A stretch of 64,000 nt of DNA from IMG/VR virus record IMGVR_UViG_2974586480_000001. The stretch is one strand, 5' to 3'. Source of the stretch: a virus (lineage: Duplodnaviria > Heunggongvirae > Uroviricota > Caudoviricetes). This document shows, in pieces, positions 28,876-37,907 of the stretch. The position numbers and the translations under genes are program-made. The notes under the pieces were generated by a model. It did not search any database. It was not told the DNA's origin and saw nothing but the letters and a program-made list of their open reading frames with translations. The number at the start of each line of letters is the position of its first letter. The stretch's first letter is position 1.

Positions 28876-29172
28876 ATGTCAAATAAGTTCTGGAAATGTT
28901 ACAAGGACAACATTGGGGTTTTGAAAATTCGATTCCCCAAAGTTTTTAATCATGAGAATCCAATGATTCTTAAAGTGGGGGTTCATCGTGATCTCAATGA
29001 AAAGACTGGTATATCTTGTACTGCTCTTCGCCGCATCCTTGCTTGTTGGACTTCTCGCGTTGAGTATCGCAAAGTGGGTGCTCGCGGTGGTTATCGGGTT
29101 GATCTTGATGGCAATCCTGTGGAAGAGATTTCTGAAGCTCACGTAGAGCGATTCAAGGCATCGTTGAGATAG
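28876..29172 (+). CDS. ProQ/FinO-domain RNA-binding protein
   Basis: '[21 protein letters not shown]...[42 protein letters not shown]' parallels E. coli ProQ 'FP.CF...ARPLKIGIFQDL...LRSALRLYTSSWRYL...[21 protein letters not shown]'. Confidence 0.65.
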   Translation: [98 protein letters not shown]

Positions 29173-29258
29173 CTATTAAGTGACAAATTCAAAGGCTGCT
29201 TAGGAAACTGAGTGGCCTTTTTAATTTTTACTGTCAGCGATCAAAAAGAGAGTCAATC

Positions 29259-29915
29259 ATGAGCGAAGTTAATATGGTTTCCATCACTGTTACCCAAGGT
29301 CTGCGTGAACGTAAAGTCCTCCGTGACCGTATCAGCCGCTCCATCAACGAAGGTGTCTTCGTGTCGGTGGTGGAAGGTGAGGCTAAACGCCCCGCCAGCA
29401 AGGCTTATCGTGACCTCGAATCCCTGAAGGCCACCATCCAATCCTCCACGGATTCGGTGAATGGCCTGATCAATCGTTACAATGCAATTGTGGATGCACT
29501 CATCGCATCCAACGCATCTACTACGGTGACGATTGCCAACAAGGCCATGACCGTTGCAGCCGCCATTGAGCGTCGCAACAGTTTTGAAATGAGCCTCAAC
29601 TTCCTGAACGCCATCCAGAACCAACATAACCGTTGTGTGACAGAGGTAAACACCAAGCAGGTTGTTCTGGATCGTGCTATCGAAAGCCGTATCCTTAACA
29701 ACAAAACTGATTCCATGGATGCTGCACAAGTGCAACAAGTCTCCGTGGATGCAAAAACTGTGTTGGATCGTGAGTCCAAGCCGGAAGTGTACGATCCGAT
29801 GAAGAACGCTGAGAACCTCAAAGGTCTCCGCAGCGAAGCAGAGGCTTTCATGGATGAGTTGGAAACTCAACTGAACATCGTGAACGCCACCACCATGATC
29901 TCCGTACCTGCCTGA
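29259..29915 (+). CDS. hypothetical protein
   Basis: 218 aa with an RBS. It contains one TACTACGGTGAC copy. The antisense 270-aa ORF is judged spurious. Confidence 0.5.
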   Translation: MSEVNMVSITVTQGLRERKVLRDRISRSINEGVFVSVVEGEAKRPASKAYRDLESLKATIQSSTDSVNGLINRYNAIVDALIASNASTTVTIANKAMTVAAAIERRNSFEMSLNFLNAIQNQHNRCVTEVNTKQVVLDRAIESRILNNKTDSMDAAQVQQVSVDAKTVLDRESKPEVYDPMKNAENLKGLRSEAEAFMDELETQLNIVNATTMISVPA

Positions 29916-30700
29916 GGGATTCAGGATCCGGCGATTACCTCCGCAGAATGAAAAGAGTAGCCCTGTGCCCATGTACATAATGGATTCTCCGTATCCAGAT
30001 GCACTCTGACAAAAGGTAATAGTTCGTGGTATTGAGGGGTAGTGCACCTCGGACATAAGCACCATTGTTGGTCGTACGATGAGCCTTACATCGCTAAAGA
30101 AAGGCCCCCAATTAGAGTTGTACTGGTCAATAAGGCAAATACCTATTAGGAGCTTGGACAGATCTAGGTAAGTGGGCCTTTGCCGAATAGATTTACACTA
30201 ATTAGTGCAACTCTAATTGTGGTTAATCCCCCTAAGCGGTGGGCAGTAGTTGCAAGTTGTTGTAGTTGAGCACACGCTTACGTCATACATTCCTCCTTGA
30301 GCTGTACTGGTCTGCAACACCCAGTAACCGAGAGGCACTCGGAACCACAATACTTGAGCCTTACAAGTCTAAAGAAAGGTAAACGCTTGGTATAGCGAAC
30401 AAGTTGAATTATGTTCCCTTGGGAGAGGGTTTCTCCCGCTAACTTACATGATTATCTGTCGGTAGATAGATACCTGTAGCATTCGACTGATAATCGAACA
30501 CGCTGAGGATACGAATTCAGATGTCAAGAATTCAGACTTCAAGTTACAGAGCTGAGAATTCAGATTGTGAGCAGTTAGTTTTTAGAAGTAAGATTTCCTT
30601 TAAATCCAAGGTAAAACGTTTTACGGGGATTACATAACCCCAAACTTGTACGCTTGGCTGCTATGTCAAGCAATCTTTTCTCTGAAGAGAGTTTATAGAA
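29916..30700. promoter_or_regulatory. 785-nt ORF-poor region with direct repeats, EcoRI-containing iterons and a 14-bp perfect palindrome
   Basis: TGAGCCTTACAnnnCTAAAGAAAGG occurs twice (30079 and 30347). GTACTGGTC occurs twice. (A)GAATTCAGA occurs three times within 30510-30575. The palindrome is GTAAAACGTTTTAC at 30611-30624. There are several hairpins. Confidence 0.4.
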
Positions 30701-30940
30701 ATGATACATTCAAACACTACTTACTTTGTCAAGTTTGTAATCACCAATGGTTACAGTGAAGCTGTAAACTTTTTGGATCAATCTAAATACATCTTTGGTC
30801 GAAAGCTCGATCACTGTGGTTTGGAAGGATTGACTGCAATTTCTATAGGCCCTTACTCAAATCCGCAGGAAGCCACTGATGCAAGTAACGAAGTGGTAAA
30901 TCTTGCAAACAGGATGGGTATCAATCTGAGGGATCTGTGA
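30701..30940 (+). CDS. hypothetical protein
   Basis: 79-aa ORF coupled to the next gene (overlap). Confidence 0.4.
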   Translation: MIHSNTTYFVKFVITNGYSEAVNFLDQSKYIFGRKLDHCGLEGLTAISIGPYSNPQEATDASNEVVNLANRMGINLRDL

Positions 30941-31395
30941 TGAAAAGAGTTCTCTTATGGTTAATGTTTTTTCTGTCTTGGTCGGTAGCTGCCTCTGAGG
31001 CTTCTATCATTTTTGGTGGTGTGAGTTACCACTTCAACCGGCAATATGAGTATCACGAAACCAACCCCTCAATTGGTATCGAATACAAAGGTTTCTCGGC
31101 GATATATGTTGCCCAGAACAGCGTGGAAAAGAAATCTATTCAACTCACTTACACCCACAATTTCATCGAAGAGTCGTGGTATAGTGTAGGGGTTCGTGCA
31201 GGTTTCGCTTCTGGTTACAAACAGGGTGATTGGTATGCGGATGGTAAGAAGTATGTCCGATCCATGGATTTAGGAAACGGGATTGTCCCATATGCAGCCT
31301 TAGAGGTTGGTTTGGTGACACCAATCCCTAACCTTAATTTTATGGTGGATGTTAACCCGCAAGTGGTCATCTTTGGTTTCAAATATAACCTGTAG
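30937..31395 (+). CDS. putative outer-membrane beta-barrel protein
   Basis: Signal peptide 'MMKRVLLWLMFFLSWSVAASEA', alternating aromatic/hydrophobic strands and a C-terminal '...FGFKYNL'. Confidence 0.4.
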   Translation: MMKRVLLWLMFFLSWSVAASEASIIFGGVSYHFNRQYEYHETNPSIGIEYKGFSAIYVAQNSVEKKSIQLTYTHNFIEESWYSVGVRAGFASGYKQGDWYADGKKYVRSMDLGNGIVPYAALEVGLVTPIPNLNFMVDVNPQVVIFGFKYNL

Positions 31396-31403
31396 GTAAA
31401 GAA

Positions 31404-32027
31404 ATGGGTAAATATTTACTGATCATTTTTACTTTCCTTTCATCTCTCACTTTGTCGGGTTGTAGTGACCCTGATGGGACTGATTACATCCGCCAGCCTC
31501 ATTTCAACTCGAAAGAGCGTGAGGTGTACAATGCTTATTACGACCAGCGTAATGCCTCTTTCAAATACACTCAGTTTTTGAGTGAGGTTATGAACGCTCG
31601 TACCAAGGCAAACAACGTACCGGCTGGCTTCTTCTGTGATTCAGTGGACTTGCTCCAGATTGCAGATTACCGTGCAACGAAGCACAATGACCGTGGTAAC
31701 TCCAATGGCACCAACACCAAGAATCTTTCACAGATGTACGTGGAGATTTATGGTGAAGATCCTTGTGGTTTTTCCAAGTCTATTAAAACTCCCAAAGCCA
31801 TTGCAGCAACACCAGTTGTAGTACCTATGGCGGGTAAAGGTAATGTACTGTCGCCGGATATGTATGACAAGTTGATCGAGGCTGCCAAATCCTGTGCACG
31901 TTCTCGTCAGCACCTCATTTCTGTAACCTCTGAGAAGGAATACCTTACTCAGGAGGATTATGATGAGGTTATGAAATCCGTCATGTCCTGTAAGAAGTTC
32001 GAGTTGGAATCTCAGCTTCAAAAGTGA
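31404..32027 (+). CDS. lipoprotein
   Basis: Lipobox 'LTLSGCSDP'. 207 aa. Confidence 0.5.
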   Translation: MGKYLLIIFTFLSSLTLSGCSDPDGTDYIRQPHFNSKEREVYNAYYDQRNASFKYTQFLSEVMNARTKANNVPAGFFCDSVDLLQIADYRATKHNDRGNSNGTNTKNLSQMYVEIYGEDPCGFSKSIKTPKAIAATPVVVPMAGKGNVLSPDMYDKLIEAAKSCARSRQHLISVTSEKEYLTQEDYDEVMKSVMSCKKFELESQLQK

Positions 32028-32036
32028 CAAACTCAA

Positions 32037-32065
32037 GGCTGTTCGATAAGAGCAGCCTTTTTGAT
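32037..32065 (+). terminator. rho-independent terminator
   Basis: AAGGCTG-ttcgataagag-CAGCCTT followed by TTTT. Confidence 0.55.
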
Positions 32066-32094
32066 TGTCATAAACCATTGCAAGGAATAATACG

Positions 32095-32469
32095 ATGAAC
32101 AACGCTGAAACTCTGAAGAAAATCATCTCCGAAAAATCCGCCATCATCAAGGCGAAGAAGAAAGCGGCTCGTGCCCTCAGCAGCCGCATGATCAGCAACA
32201 AGATGCTCCGTGTAGGCCTGGCTGAAGGTCTGAAGGTGATGAAGGACGATCTCAAGCAAGCAGATCGTGATGGCAACTTCGAGCTGGCATCCTCCATCCG
32301 CCTCACCATCAACAGCTCCCGTCTCGAGATGAAGAACCTGCTCGGCAGCTGGAATCTGGCTAAGAGTATGCGCAACTCCGTTCAGAAAGGTCTCGACGCC
32401 CTGAAGGACGAGATCCGTGTACTGGATGCCGCATGGGAAGATGCCAAGGCTGAAGAGGCTGCGGCTTAA
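32095..32469 (+). CDS. coiled-coil protein
   Basis: 124 aa, with a strong RBS and a charged helical sequence. Confidence 0.5.
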   Translation: MNNAETLKKIISEKSAIIKAKKKAARALSSRMISNKMLRVGLAEGLKVMKDDLKQADRDGNFELASSIRLTINSSRLEMKNLLGSWNLAKSMRNSVQKGLDALKDEIRVLDAAWEDAKAEEAAA

Positions 32470-32483
32470 CCATGATGTCACTG

Positions 32484-32510
32484 TGGGCTTGTAATGAGCC
32501 CACTTTAAGA
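32484..32510 (+). terminator. terminator-like hairpin
   Basis: GTGGGCT-tgtaatg-AGCCCAC followed by TTT. Confidence 0.4.
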
Positions 32511-32643
32511 AGGGTTAGGGCATGTAGCTCAGTGGATAGAGCAGTTGGCCCAAACCTGTGTACCCTGTGGGGGTAACTACTGCAAACCTTTTGAACAACC
32601 AATTGGTCGTAGGTTCGAATCCTACCTAGTCCTAGCCCTTCTT
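32508..32643 (+). ncRNA. tRNA-like RNA with a roughly 50-nt insertion at the anticodon-loop position, enclosed by a 13-bp terminal helix (Y-RNA/YrlA-like tRNA mimic candidate)
   Basis: There is a canonical D-arm (GCTC-AGTGGATA-GAGC) and T-arm (GTAGG-TTCGAAT-CCTAC). A short variable loop (TGGTC) is present. The anticodon stem GTTGG/CCAAT flanks a 50-nt insert (cccaaacctgtgtaccctgtgggggtaactactgcaaaccttttgaacaa). The acceptor-like stem is imperfect, but the flanks AAGAAGGGTTAGG and CCTAGCCCTTCTT pair over 13 bp. No CCA is encoded. Confidence 0.45.
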
Positions 32644-32657
32644 AAAGGTTATATAAA

Positions 32658-33032
32658 ATGCTTCAACGTTTTGTTGTTAATATGGCAAACTCACTGCCAA
32701 CCATTCTTTGGATGTACGCTGGTAGTCTGGTTGTTAGTGCAGTAACATTCTCATGGGCAGAAGGTAGAACTCTGCTCGATGGTCTTTGGTGGAGCTGTGC
32801 AACGGCTTTAACCATTGGTTACGGGGACATTGCCCCTGTAACAAATCTTGGAAAGTTCATAGGGTTGATCTTTGCCCACTTCTGGGTGCTGGTAACAATC
32901 CCGTTTGTCGTCGCAAACATAATCGTAAAGGTTATCAGAGATGATGACGCTTTTACTAACGATGAACAAGAGCTTATCAAGAGTCAGTTGTCTGAAATCT
33001 GTGAAGCTTTAAAAAGGAAAGGTGATCTATGA
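32658..33032 (+). CDS. Kcv-like minimal potassium channel (2TM/P-loop)
   Basis: Selectivity filter 'TALTIGYGDIAP' flanked by two hydrophobic helices. 124 aa. Confidence 0.65.
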   Translation: MLQRFVVNMANSLPTILWMYAGSLVVSAVTFSWAEGRTLLDGLWWSCATALTIGYGDIAPVTNLGKFIGLIFAHFWVLVTIPFVVANIIVKVIRDDDAFTNDEQELIKSQLSEICEALKRKGDL

Positions 33033-33580
33033 AGATCGTCCTGAAACATGGCATCATTGCCTCTGTGGTGATGGCTGCGATGACTGGCTGTTCTCCTGAA
33101 CCTGATACCACTGTAACCACGGTAACTTCTGTTGAAGAGTGCGTACAAAGCTCTCTCGGAACCACCGATGAGTGCCAAGCCACTTGGGATCAGGCCAAGC
33201 AAGAGAATGCCAAAGTAGGCCCTCGATTCGAAGATTCGGGGGATTGTTCTTCAGAGTTTGGTAAGTGTGAGCAATACGTTGTTCAGAACTCTGATGGAAC
33301 CACATCTAACGTCTTCATTCCAATGATGATGGGTATGATGATGGGTAACATGATGTCCAACAACGGATCTCACATTACCCCTCAGCCGCTTTATCGTAGT
33401 GAATCTGATCGGAAAGATGGCCGGTCGGGCTTCGTTGCTGCATCTGGTGTCTACGTAAACAAGGGCTCTTCTCAAGTTAGCTCTCGTTCCGTAGTAGCCA
33501 AGTCACCGACCTCGGTTTCCCGTGGTGGGTTCGGTAGCATCGGTGGTCGTTCAGGTGGTGGTTTCTCTTCTGGGAGTTAA
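33029..33580 (+). CDS. DUF1190 (YgiB/YjfM-like) lipoprotein
   Basis: Lipobox 'AMTGCSPE'. The 'DC..EFGKCEQ', 'FIPMMMGMMMG' and 'VSRGGFG' motifs parallel E. coli YgiB. The next gene is coupled by ATGA. Confidence 0.55.
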   Translation: MKIVLKHGIIASVVMAAMTGCSPEPDTTVTTVTSVEECVQSSLGTTDECQATWDQAKQENAKVGPRFEDSGDCSSEFGKCEQYVVQNSDGTTSNVFIPMMMGMMMGNMMSNNGSHITPQPLYRSESDRKDGRSGFVAASGVYVNKGSSQVSSRSVVAKSPTSVSRGGFGSIGGRSGGGFSSGS

Positions 33581-33582
33581 AG

Positions 33583-34791
33583 ATGGAACGTGTGCAAGTA
33601 CCCAAGGTTCGGCCTGACTGGAAAGAGCAGGTAGTGAGAGATGGTATGCTGTGGGCAGATACTGAAGATGGCCCGTATTGGTTTGAAGCCATGCAACAAC
33701 CAGTGTACTATAAATTCAGGGAAGTTGAAATAGACTCTCTGATGAAAGGTGGCGAGGTAATTCACCAAGCCATCCTTGAAGTCCTCACGAACCTCCTGAG
33801 CGATGGTGTTGAGAAAGAGTATGCTGAGAAATGGCGTAAAGCCTTCGGCCTCTCTGAGAAGTTATGGGATTTGGTCAAATACTCGTTCAACATTTCTGAT
33901 GAATGGGAATTCTTTGGCCGGTTCGACTTCTTAATGACCAGCCATGGCCCCAAGGTTTTGGAATACAACGCAGATACCCCGACAACTCTCATTGAGAGTG
34001 CGGTGTGTCAGTGGAACTGGTTTCAAGACATGGGCTTCGAGAAAGGTAGTCAGTTCAACAACATCCACGAGGGGTTGGTAAATCGTTGGAAAGAGCTCAA
34101 CGAGTTGAACAATCTCCGTGGCTCGGTAAACTTCGTCTCGGTCAACTTGATCGATGATGTGGCCACCTTGTGTTACATTGCAGAGACTTGCCGAGAGGCA
34201 GGCCTGGAAGTCCGTGTATTCCCTGTAGAAGATATTCAGTTTGATGAAGATAAAAAGGTGTTTCTCGATAATGAGGGGAATGTCTTGGAAAACTGCTTCA
34301 AGCTGTATCCTTGGGAGTGGATGATTCACGAGAAATTCAGTGAGCATCTGAGCACGGCTCCTACACGTTGGATGGAACCTGAATGGAAGTTGTTGGTGTC
34401 TAACAAGGCGATCCTCGCTCTGTTGTGGGATTACTACGGTGACACTTCGCATCCGGTTGTTAAATACCTGATGCCAACTTACATGGAAGGTGATTTCGGT
34501 GATTGGGATGGCAGTTGGGTAAGCAAACCCACCTTGAGCCGTGAGGGATCTGATGTCAAAATCATCAAGATTCACCAAGGTCAAGAAGAAGTCCTGTACT
34601 TCCACACCGGAATGTACTCCGAGGAATCTCGGGTGTATCAAAAGTTTATCCAATCTTTGACCTTTGAAGGATGCGTCCCAATGTTAGGTGTTTGGATGGC
34701 TGGCCCAGAAGCAGTTGGGCTCGGTATCCGTGAAGATGATTCACTGATTACCAAGAATAACAGCCGGTTCATACCGCACGTTTGGGAGTAA
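33583..34791 (+). CDS. glutathionylspermidine-synthetase-family (YgiC/YjfC-like) ATP-grasp amidoligase
   Basis: 'LLVSNKAILALLWDYYGDTSHPVVKYLMPTY' matches the GspS-family signature 'lsNKailplLWelfp.hpnLLpayf'. 402 aa. It pairs with the DUF1190 gene as in the E. coli ygiBC operon. Confidence 0.65.
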   Translation: MERVQVPKVRPDWKEQVVRDGMLWADTEDGPYWFEAMQQPVYYKFREVEIDSLMKGGEVIHQAILEVLTNLLSDGVEKEYAEKWRKAFGLSEKLWDLVKYSFNISDEWEFFGRFDFLMTSHGPKVLEYNADTPTTLIESAVCQWNWFQDMGFEKGSQFNNIHEGLVNRWKELNELNNLRGSVNFVSVNLIDDVATLCYIAETCREAGLEVRVFPVEDIQFDEDKKVFLDNEGNVLENCFKLYPWEWMIHEKFSEHLSTAPTRWMEPEWKLLVSNKAILALLWDYYGDTSHPVVKYLMPTYMEGDFGDWDGSWVSKPTLSREGSDVKIIKIHQGQEEVLYFHTGMYSEESRVYQKFIQSLTFEGCVPMLGVWMAGPEAVGLGIREDDSLITKNNSRFIPHVWE

Positions 34792-34799
34792 TAAGCTAA

Positions 34800-34837
34800 A
34801 AGGTTTGTAGCAGTTTTTGCTGCGAACCTTTTGTCAT
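34800..34837 (+). terminator. compound hairpin terminator
   Basis: AAAGGTT-tgtaGCAGtttttGCTGCg-AACCTTT followed by TG. Confidence 0.45.
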
Positions 34838-35766
34838 TGTTACTCGGAGAAAGAGTTATGAATATTATAGAACTCCCATCTGGTGGCGAGTTTATCCGGT
34901 TGAACTGGAATCGATCCAAGTTTACAGGTATAATACCTGTATCCTCAACTACTTCCACTCTCCATTATGACGGAATGGTGCTTAATCTCACCATTAGTGC
35001 ATCAGACTTTAACCGAATGATGGATGAACAGGAAAGCTCCGATTCTCAAGCCGAATTTCTCAACAATGTGATGCAAAACTATTCACTCACTGGTGAGTTC
35101 TATACAGAATTGAACACAAGTGAAATGTCACACCTACAACACACCTCGTGGAAAACAGAAATTTCTAAAGTAACGACTCCGAAATCAGGTGTAAAAGTTT
35201 GGTGTTCAACATTAGTAATATCTTCTTTTTTGATTAATCAGAAAGGAACTCAAGTTACTAAAACTGTACAGTTTATCAAACGACATGTAATCGACAAGTG
35301 CAAGAGCTATGAAACTATGAAAGGGTTTCTTCTTGAAACCCTGCACGAGGATATTAAATCGGTAACACCTACTTACGATTACAAACAGCGTTGGAACCAC
35401 CATCAGGATCGTAGAGAGTTTCCAGCTTTCTGGGCATTTGAAATTAAAGGAATAATAATTCCTATCTATGACTCTGCCTATGTTTATAAAAGCAGCAGTG
35501 TCCACGGTGCAGCCTTGGCTGTAGAGCTAAGTCGATATGGTAATGTTGCACAGTTTGATAATGCCCTGAGGCAAGTTGAAGTTCAAGCCCATGCAAGGTT
35601 ACAGGCAGCACGAATCATAGCTATGGGCCCACATATTTGCAAACTCTTGCAGAATTCAGCCCATTTACGTGAGTATGCAAAAGTAGCCATGTCATTCAAT
35701 CGTGAAACCTACCTACAAAGGGCGGAGTCTGCTCAACGTAGTGCAGAGTTTTTACTAAAAGGTTAA
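34831..35766 (+). CDS. hypothetical protein
   Basis: 311-aa ORF. Confidence 0.45.
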   Translation: MSLLLGERVMNIIELPSGGEFIRLNWNRSKFTGIIPVSSTTSTLHYDGMVLNLTISASDFNRMMDEQESSDSQAEFLNNVMQNYSLTGEFYTELNTSEMSHLQHTSWKTEISKVTTPKSGVKVWCSTLVISSFLINQKGTQVTKTVQFIKRHVIDKCKSYETMKGFLLETLHEDIKSVTPTYDYKQRWNHHQDRREFPAFWAFEIKGIIIPIYDSAYVYKSSSVHGAALAVELSRYGNVAQFDNALRQVEVQAHARLQAARIIAMGPHICKLLQNSAHLREYAKVAMSFNRETYLQRAESAQRSAEFLLKG

Positions 35767-35833
35767 GTAATACGTTAAAGGGTTTTGATATGGTGTATAT
35801 TAAAATCCTTTGTCATTATTACTGGAGGCAATT

Positions 35834-36091
35834 ATGTCTACTGAAATTAAATTTGAAAACAAGGTTAATCTTGAATTGTTTAAAAACCTTGTTATCGGTG
35901 CAAAGTTCATGTTGGATACGCAGGCTGAACCTCATAAAAATAAGGTTTACATGAAGGTTTCAAACCTGTATGAAAACAGCCGAGATCTTTATCTGAAAAA
36001 CTCGGTAAACATCCTTACCGGATCTGCCATTGAAATTACCCCAAGTAGCAAGGTTATTCCGGTAGATTTAGATATTACCGTGTTCAAGTAA
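35834..36091 (+). CDS. hypothetical protein
   Basis: ATG at 35834 after a GGAGG RBS. 85 aa. Confidence 0.45.
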   Translation: MSTEIKFENKVNLELFKNLVIGAKFMLDTQAEPHKNKVYMKVSNLYENSRDLYLKNSVNILTGSAIEITPSSKVIPVDLDITVFK

Positions 36092-36102
36092 AAGTTAAGT
36101 GG

Positions 36103-36150
36103 GGGATGCCGTTCGGTCATAGGCGGTTGCGACCGTATCCCCTGTCCAAG
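36103..36150 (+). other. nested hairpin element (GGGGAT...ATCCCC enclosing CGGTC...GACCG) followed by a U-rich tail
   Basis: Seen in the sequence. It may be a terminator or a structured RNA element upstream of tRNA-Met. Confidence 0.3.
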
Positions 36151-36477
36151 TAATCTTTTGTCAGAGATTTGGGAAGTTGGCTTAGAAGCAGCCATCTTTT
36201 AAAGAGTGGGACAAAGACCGGAGACAAACATTCTGTGGGTGGGTGGAGGTAGAAGCTGTGCCTCTTTATGCTTTAAGACGATGGGTAAAATCCTACAATG
36301 ATAAGCCCCAAAGTTTGCAACCTTGAAACAGATAAAGAAAGCAGCACGAAAGCTGTAGGTTCGTTCATGGTGTAGGTTCTGGCGAAGTTCATAGGCACCC
36401 CGTAAATGGTAAGGCTGAAGATCCCTTTGGCGTAGTAGCACACCACTTCTCTGAACAAAAGATTATTTAAAAATTAC

Positions 36478-36552
36478 GGCCCCTTAGCTCAGTGGTAGAG
36501 CGATTGCCTCATAAGCGATTGGTCGCTGGTTCGAAACCAGTAGGGGTCACCA
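36478..36552 (+). tRNA. tRNA-Met/Ile2 (anticodon CAT)
   Basis: Full cloverleaf. Acceptor GGCCCCT/AGGGGTC. D-arm GCTC-AGTGGTA-GAGC. Anticodon arm ATTGC-CTCATAA-GCGAT. T-arm GCTGG-TTCGAAA-CCAGT. CCA is encoded. Confidence 0.85.
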
Positions 36553-36602
36553 CATTAAGAATCATTACAGCAATATAAAAACTTTCAATTGGTGAAAAAG
36601 AT

Positions 36603-36797
36603 ATGATTCTGTCTAAAATAAAAGAAGTGGAAAACTATTCAAAGAGACTTCAATCTCTTGAAAATCAGTGCTTTCACTGCGGTTTTACTTGGACTGTATT
36701 AACAGCTTTTTGGATTTATAATAAACATTTAAAGAGACGACTCCCTGTATGCCCTAATTGTGAGTCTGGTGTAATAGTCCACATTCCGAGTAAATAA
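36603..36797 (+). CDS. zinc-ribbon protein
   Basis: 64 aa with 'CFHCG' ... 'CPNCESG'. Confidence 0.4.
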   Translation: MILSKIKEVENYSKRLQSLENQCFHCGFTWTVLTAFWIYNKHLKRRLPVCPNCESGVIVHIPSK

Positions 36798-36959
36798 AAT
36801 GAAACCATATGGACACAAGGGGAGTATTTTCGGTCAAGCATTTCGCCTTGAGAACATTGACCGGAAGCGTCCTTATTATGATGCACTCCTAAGAGCTGGA
36901 AAGAAGCGGGCTCGACAAGAGGGTAAGAAGCAATCCAAAGCTATACAAGAGGATTAGTT

Positions 36960-37460
36960 ATGAGCGGATATCTGAGTCATGATAAAGCACTGGAAATGAT
37001 GAAACGTGGTGCCAAGGTTGCACACTCATCTTTTACCAGTGATGAATACCTTTACATCTCAGATGAAATCATCCGTGATGAAAATGGATACCATTTCGAA
37101 AAAGGGTTTCAAGACCGTAAGGATTGGGATCCAGAGTGGTTTGTGGTTGGTTGGATTGAAGCCACCGAAGATTCTCGCAAGTATTCTTACACCGAGAAAA
37201 ACTCCCCACTCATCATGAGCACTCACGGGATAGCTGAGATTGTTGAAATCGACTTCAGTAAAGCAATCCGTGATATGGTCTCAGGTGAAATTGCTTGTCA
37301 GGTCACCTACACAGTCTCCAATACGTGGGATCCATCAGAATTTTATGTAGGATATTGGGGTAAAGATTTCCTCGATAAGTCCTATAGTCCCCCTAATACC
37401 TGCAATTGCCCTTGCCACAAAAGTGGCGGAAAGGTGATGCACATTGTAGCCTGTTGCTGA
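36960..37460 (+). CDS. hypothetical protein with a Cys-rich C-terminus
   Basis: 166 aa ending in 'NTCNCPCHKSGGKVMHIVACC'. Confidence 0.45.
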   Translation: MSGYLSHDKALEMMKRGAKVAHSSFTSDEYLYISDEIIRDENGYHFEKGFQDRKDWDPEWFVVGWIEATEDSRKYSYTEKNSPLIMSTHGIAEIVEIDFSKAIRDMVSGEIACQVTYTVSNTWDPSEFYVGYWGKDFLDKSYSPPNTCNCPCHKSGGKVMHIVACC

Positions 37461-37467
37461 GGTATAT

Positions 37468-37671
37468 ATGGATTTCTTTGAGATTTTTACTAAAGTCTTT
37501 GTAATGCTTTTTTGCGCAATTATTTCTTTATTTATTGCAATAGTTCCGCCATCTTGGGTAAATGATAGAACTGGAAATTCATTCTTAGCTTTATTGACAT
37601 TTTTATTTTCTTTGTCAACGGCTTCCTCTCTATTGATCTATGCTGTACATTGGTTAAAATACAATTTTTAG
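37468..37671 (+). CDS. small membrane protein
   Basis: 67 aa and hydrophobic. Confidence 0.4.
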   Translation: MDFFEIFTKVFVMLFCAIISLFIAIVPPSWVNDRTGNSFLALLTFLFSLSTASSLLIYAVHWLKYNF

Positions 37672-37682
37672 AGGGTTTTATT

Positions 37683-37880
37683 ATGAAAAAGCGTTTCGTT
37701 TCTCCCCGTTCCAAAAACCATAACCAATTGGTGAAGGTTCTCGATCAGAACTTCCGTGGTTCTTTTGTTGAGGTTGTTTCCACCGGTAAGCGGTTTTACT
37801 GCAACCCTGCAAACCTCCACAAGATCACCAACAAAGATCTTTTGTCGAAAGATAAAGGTTACAATCATCACTGCCCCTAA
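37683..37880 (+). CDS. small basic protein
   Basis: ATG at 37683 after a GAGGG RBS. 65 aa. Confidence 0.4.
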   Translation: MKKRFVSPRSKNHNQLVKVLDQNFRGSFVEVVSTGKRFYCNPANLHKITNKDLLSKDKGYNHHCP

Positions 37881-37907
37881 GAAATCACTACGGTGACGGA
37901 GAAAGAT

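Noticed and set aside
29253-30065. 270-aa minus-strand ORF
   Set aside because: It is antisense to the 218-aa plus-strand gene. Its sequence is His/Cys/Gly-rich, typical of a shadow ORF.
32518-32632. Calling 32518-32632 and 38528-38647 ordinary tRNAs
   Set aside because: Each has about 50 extra nucleotides between the anticodon-stem arms. One lacks a pairable acceptor stem and CCA. They are reported as tRNA-like ncRNAs instead.
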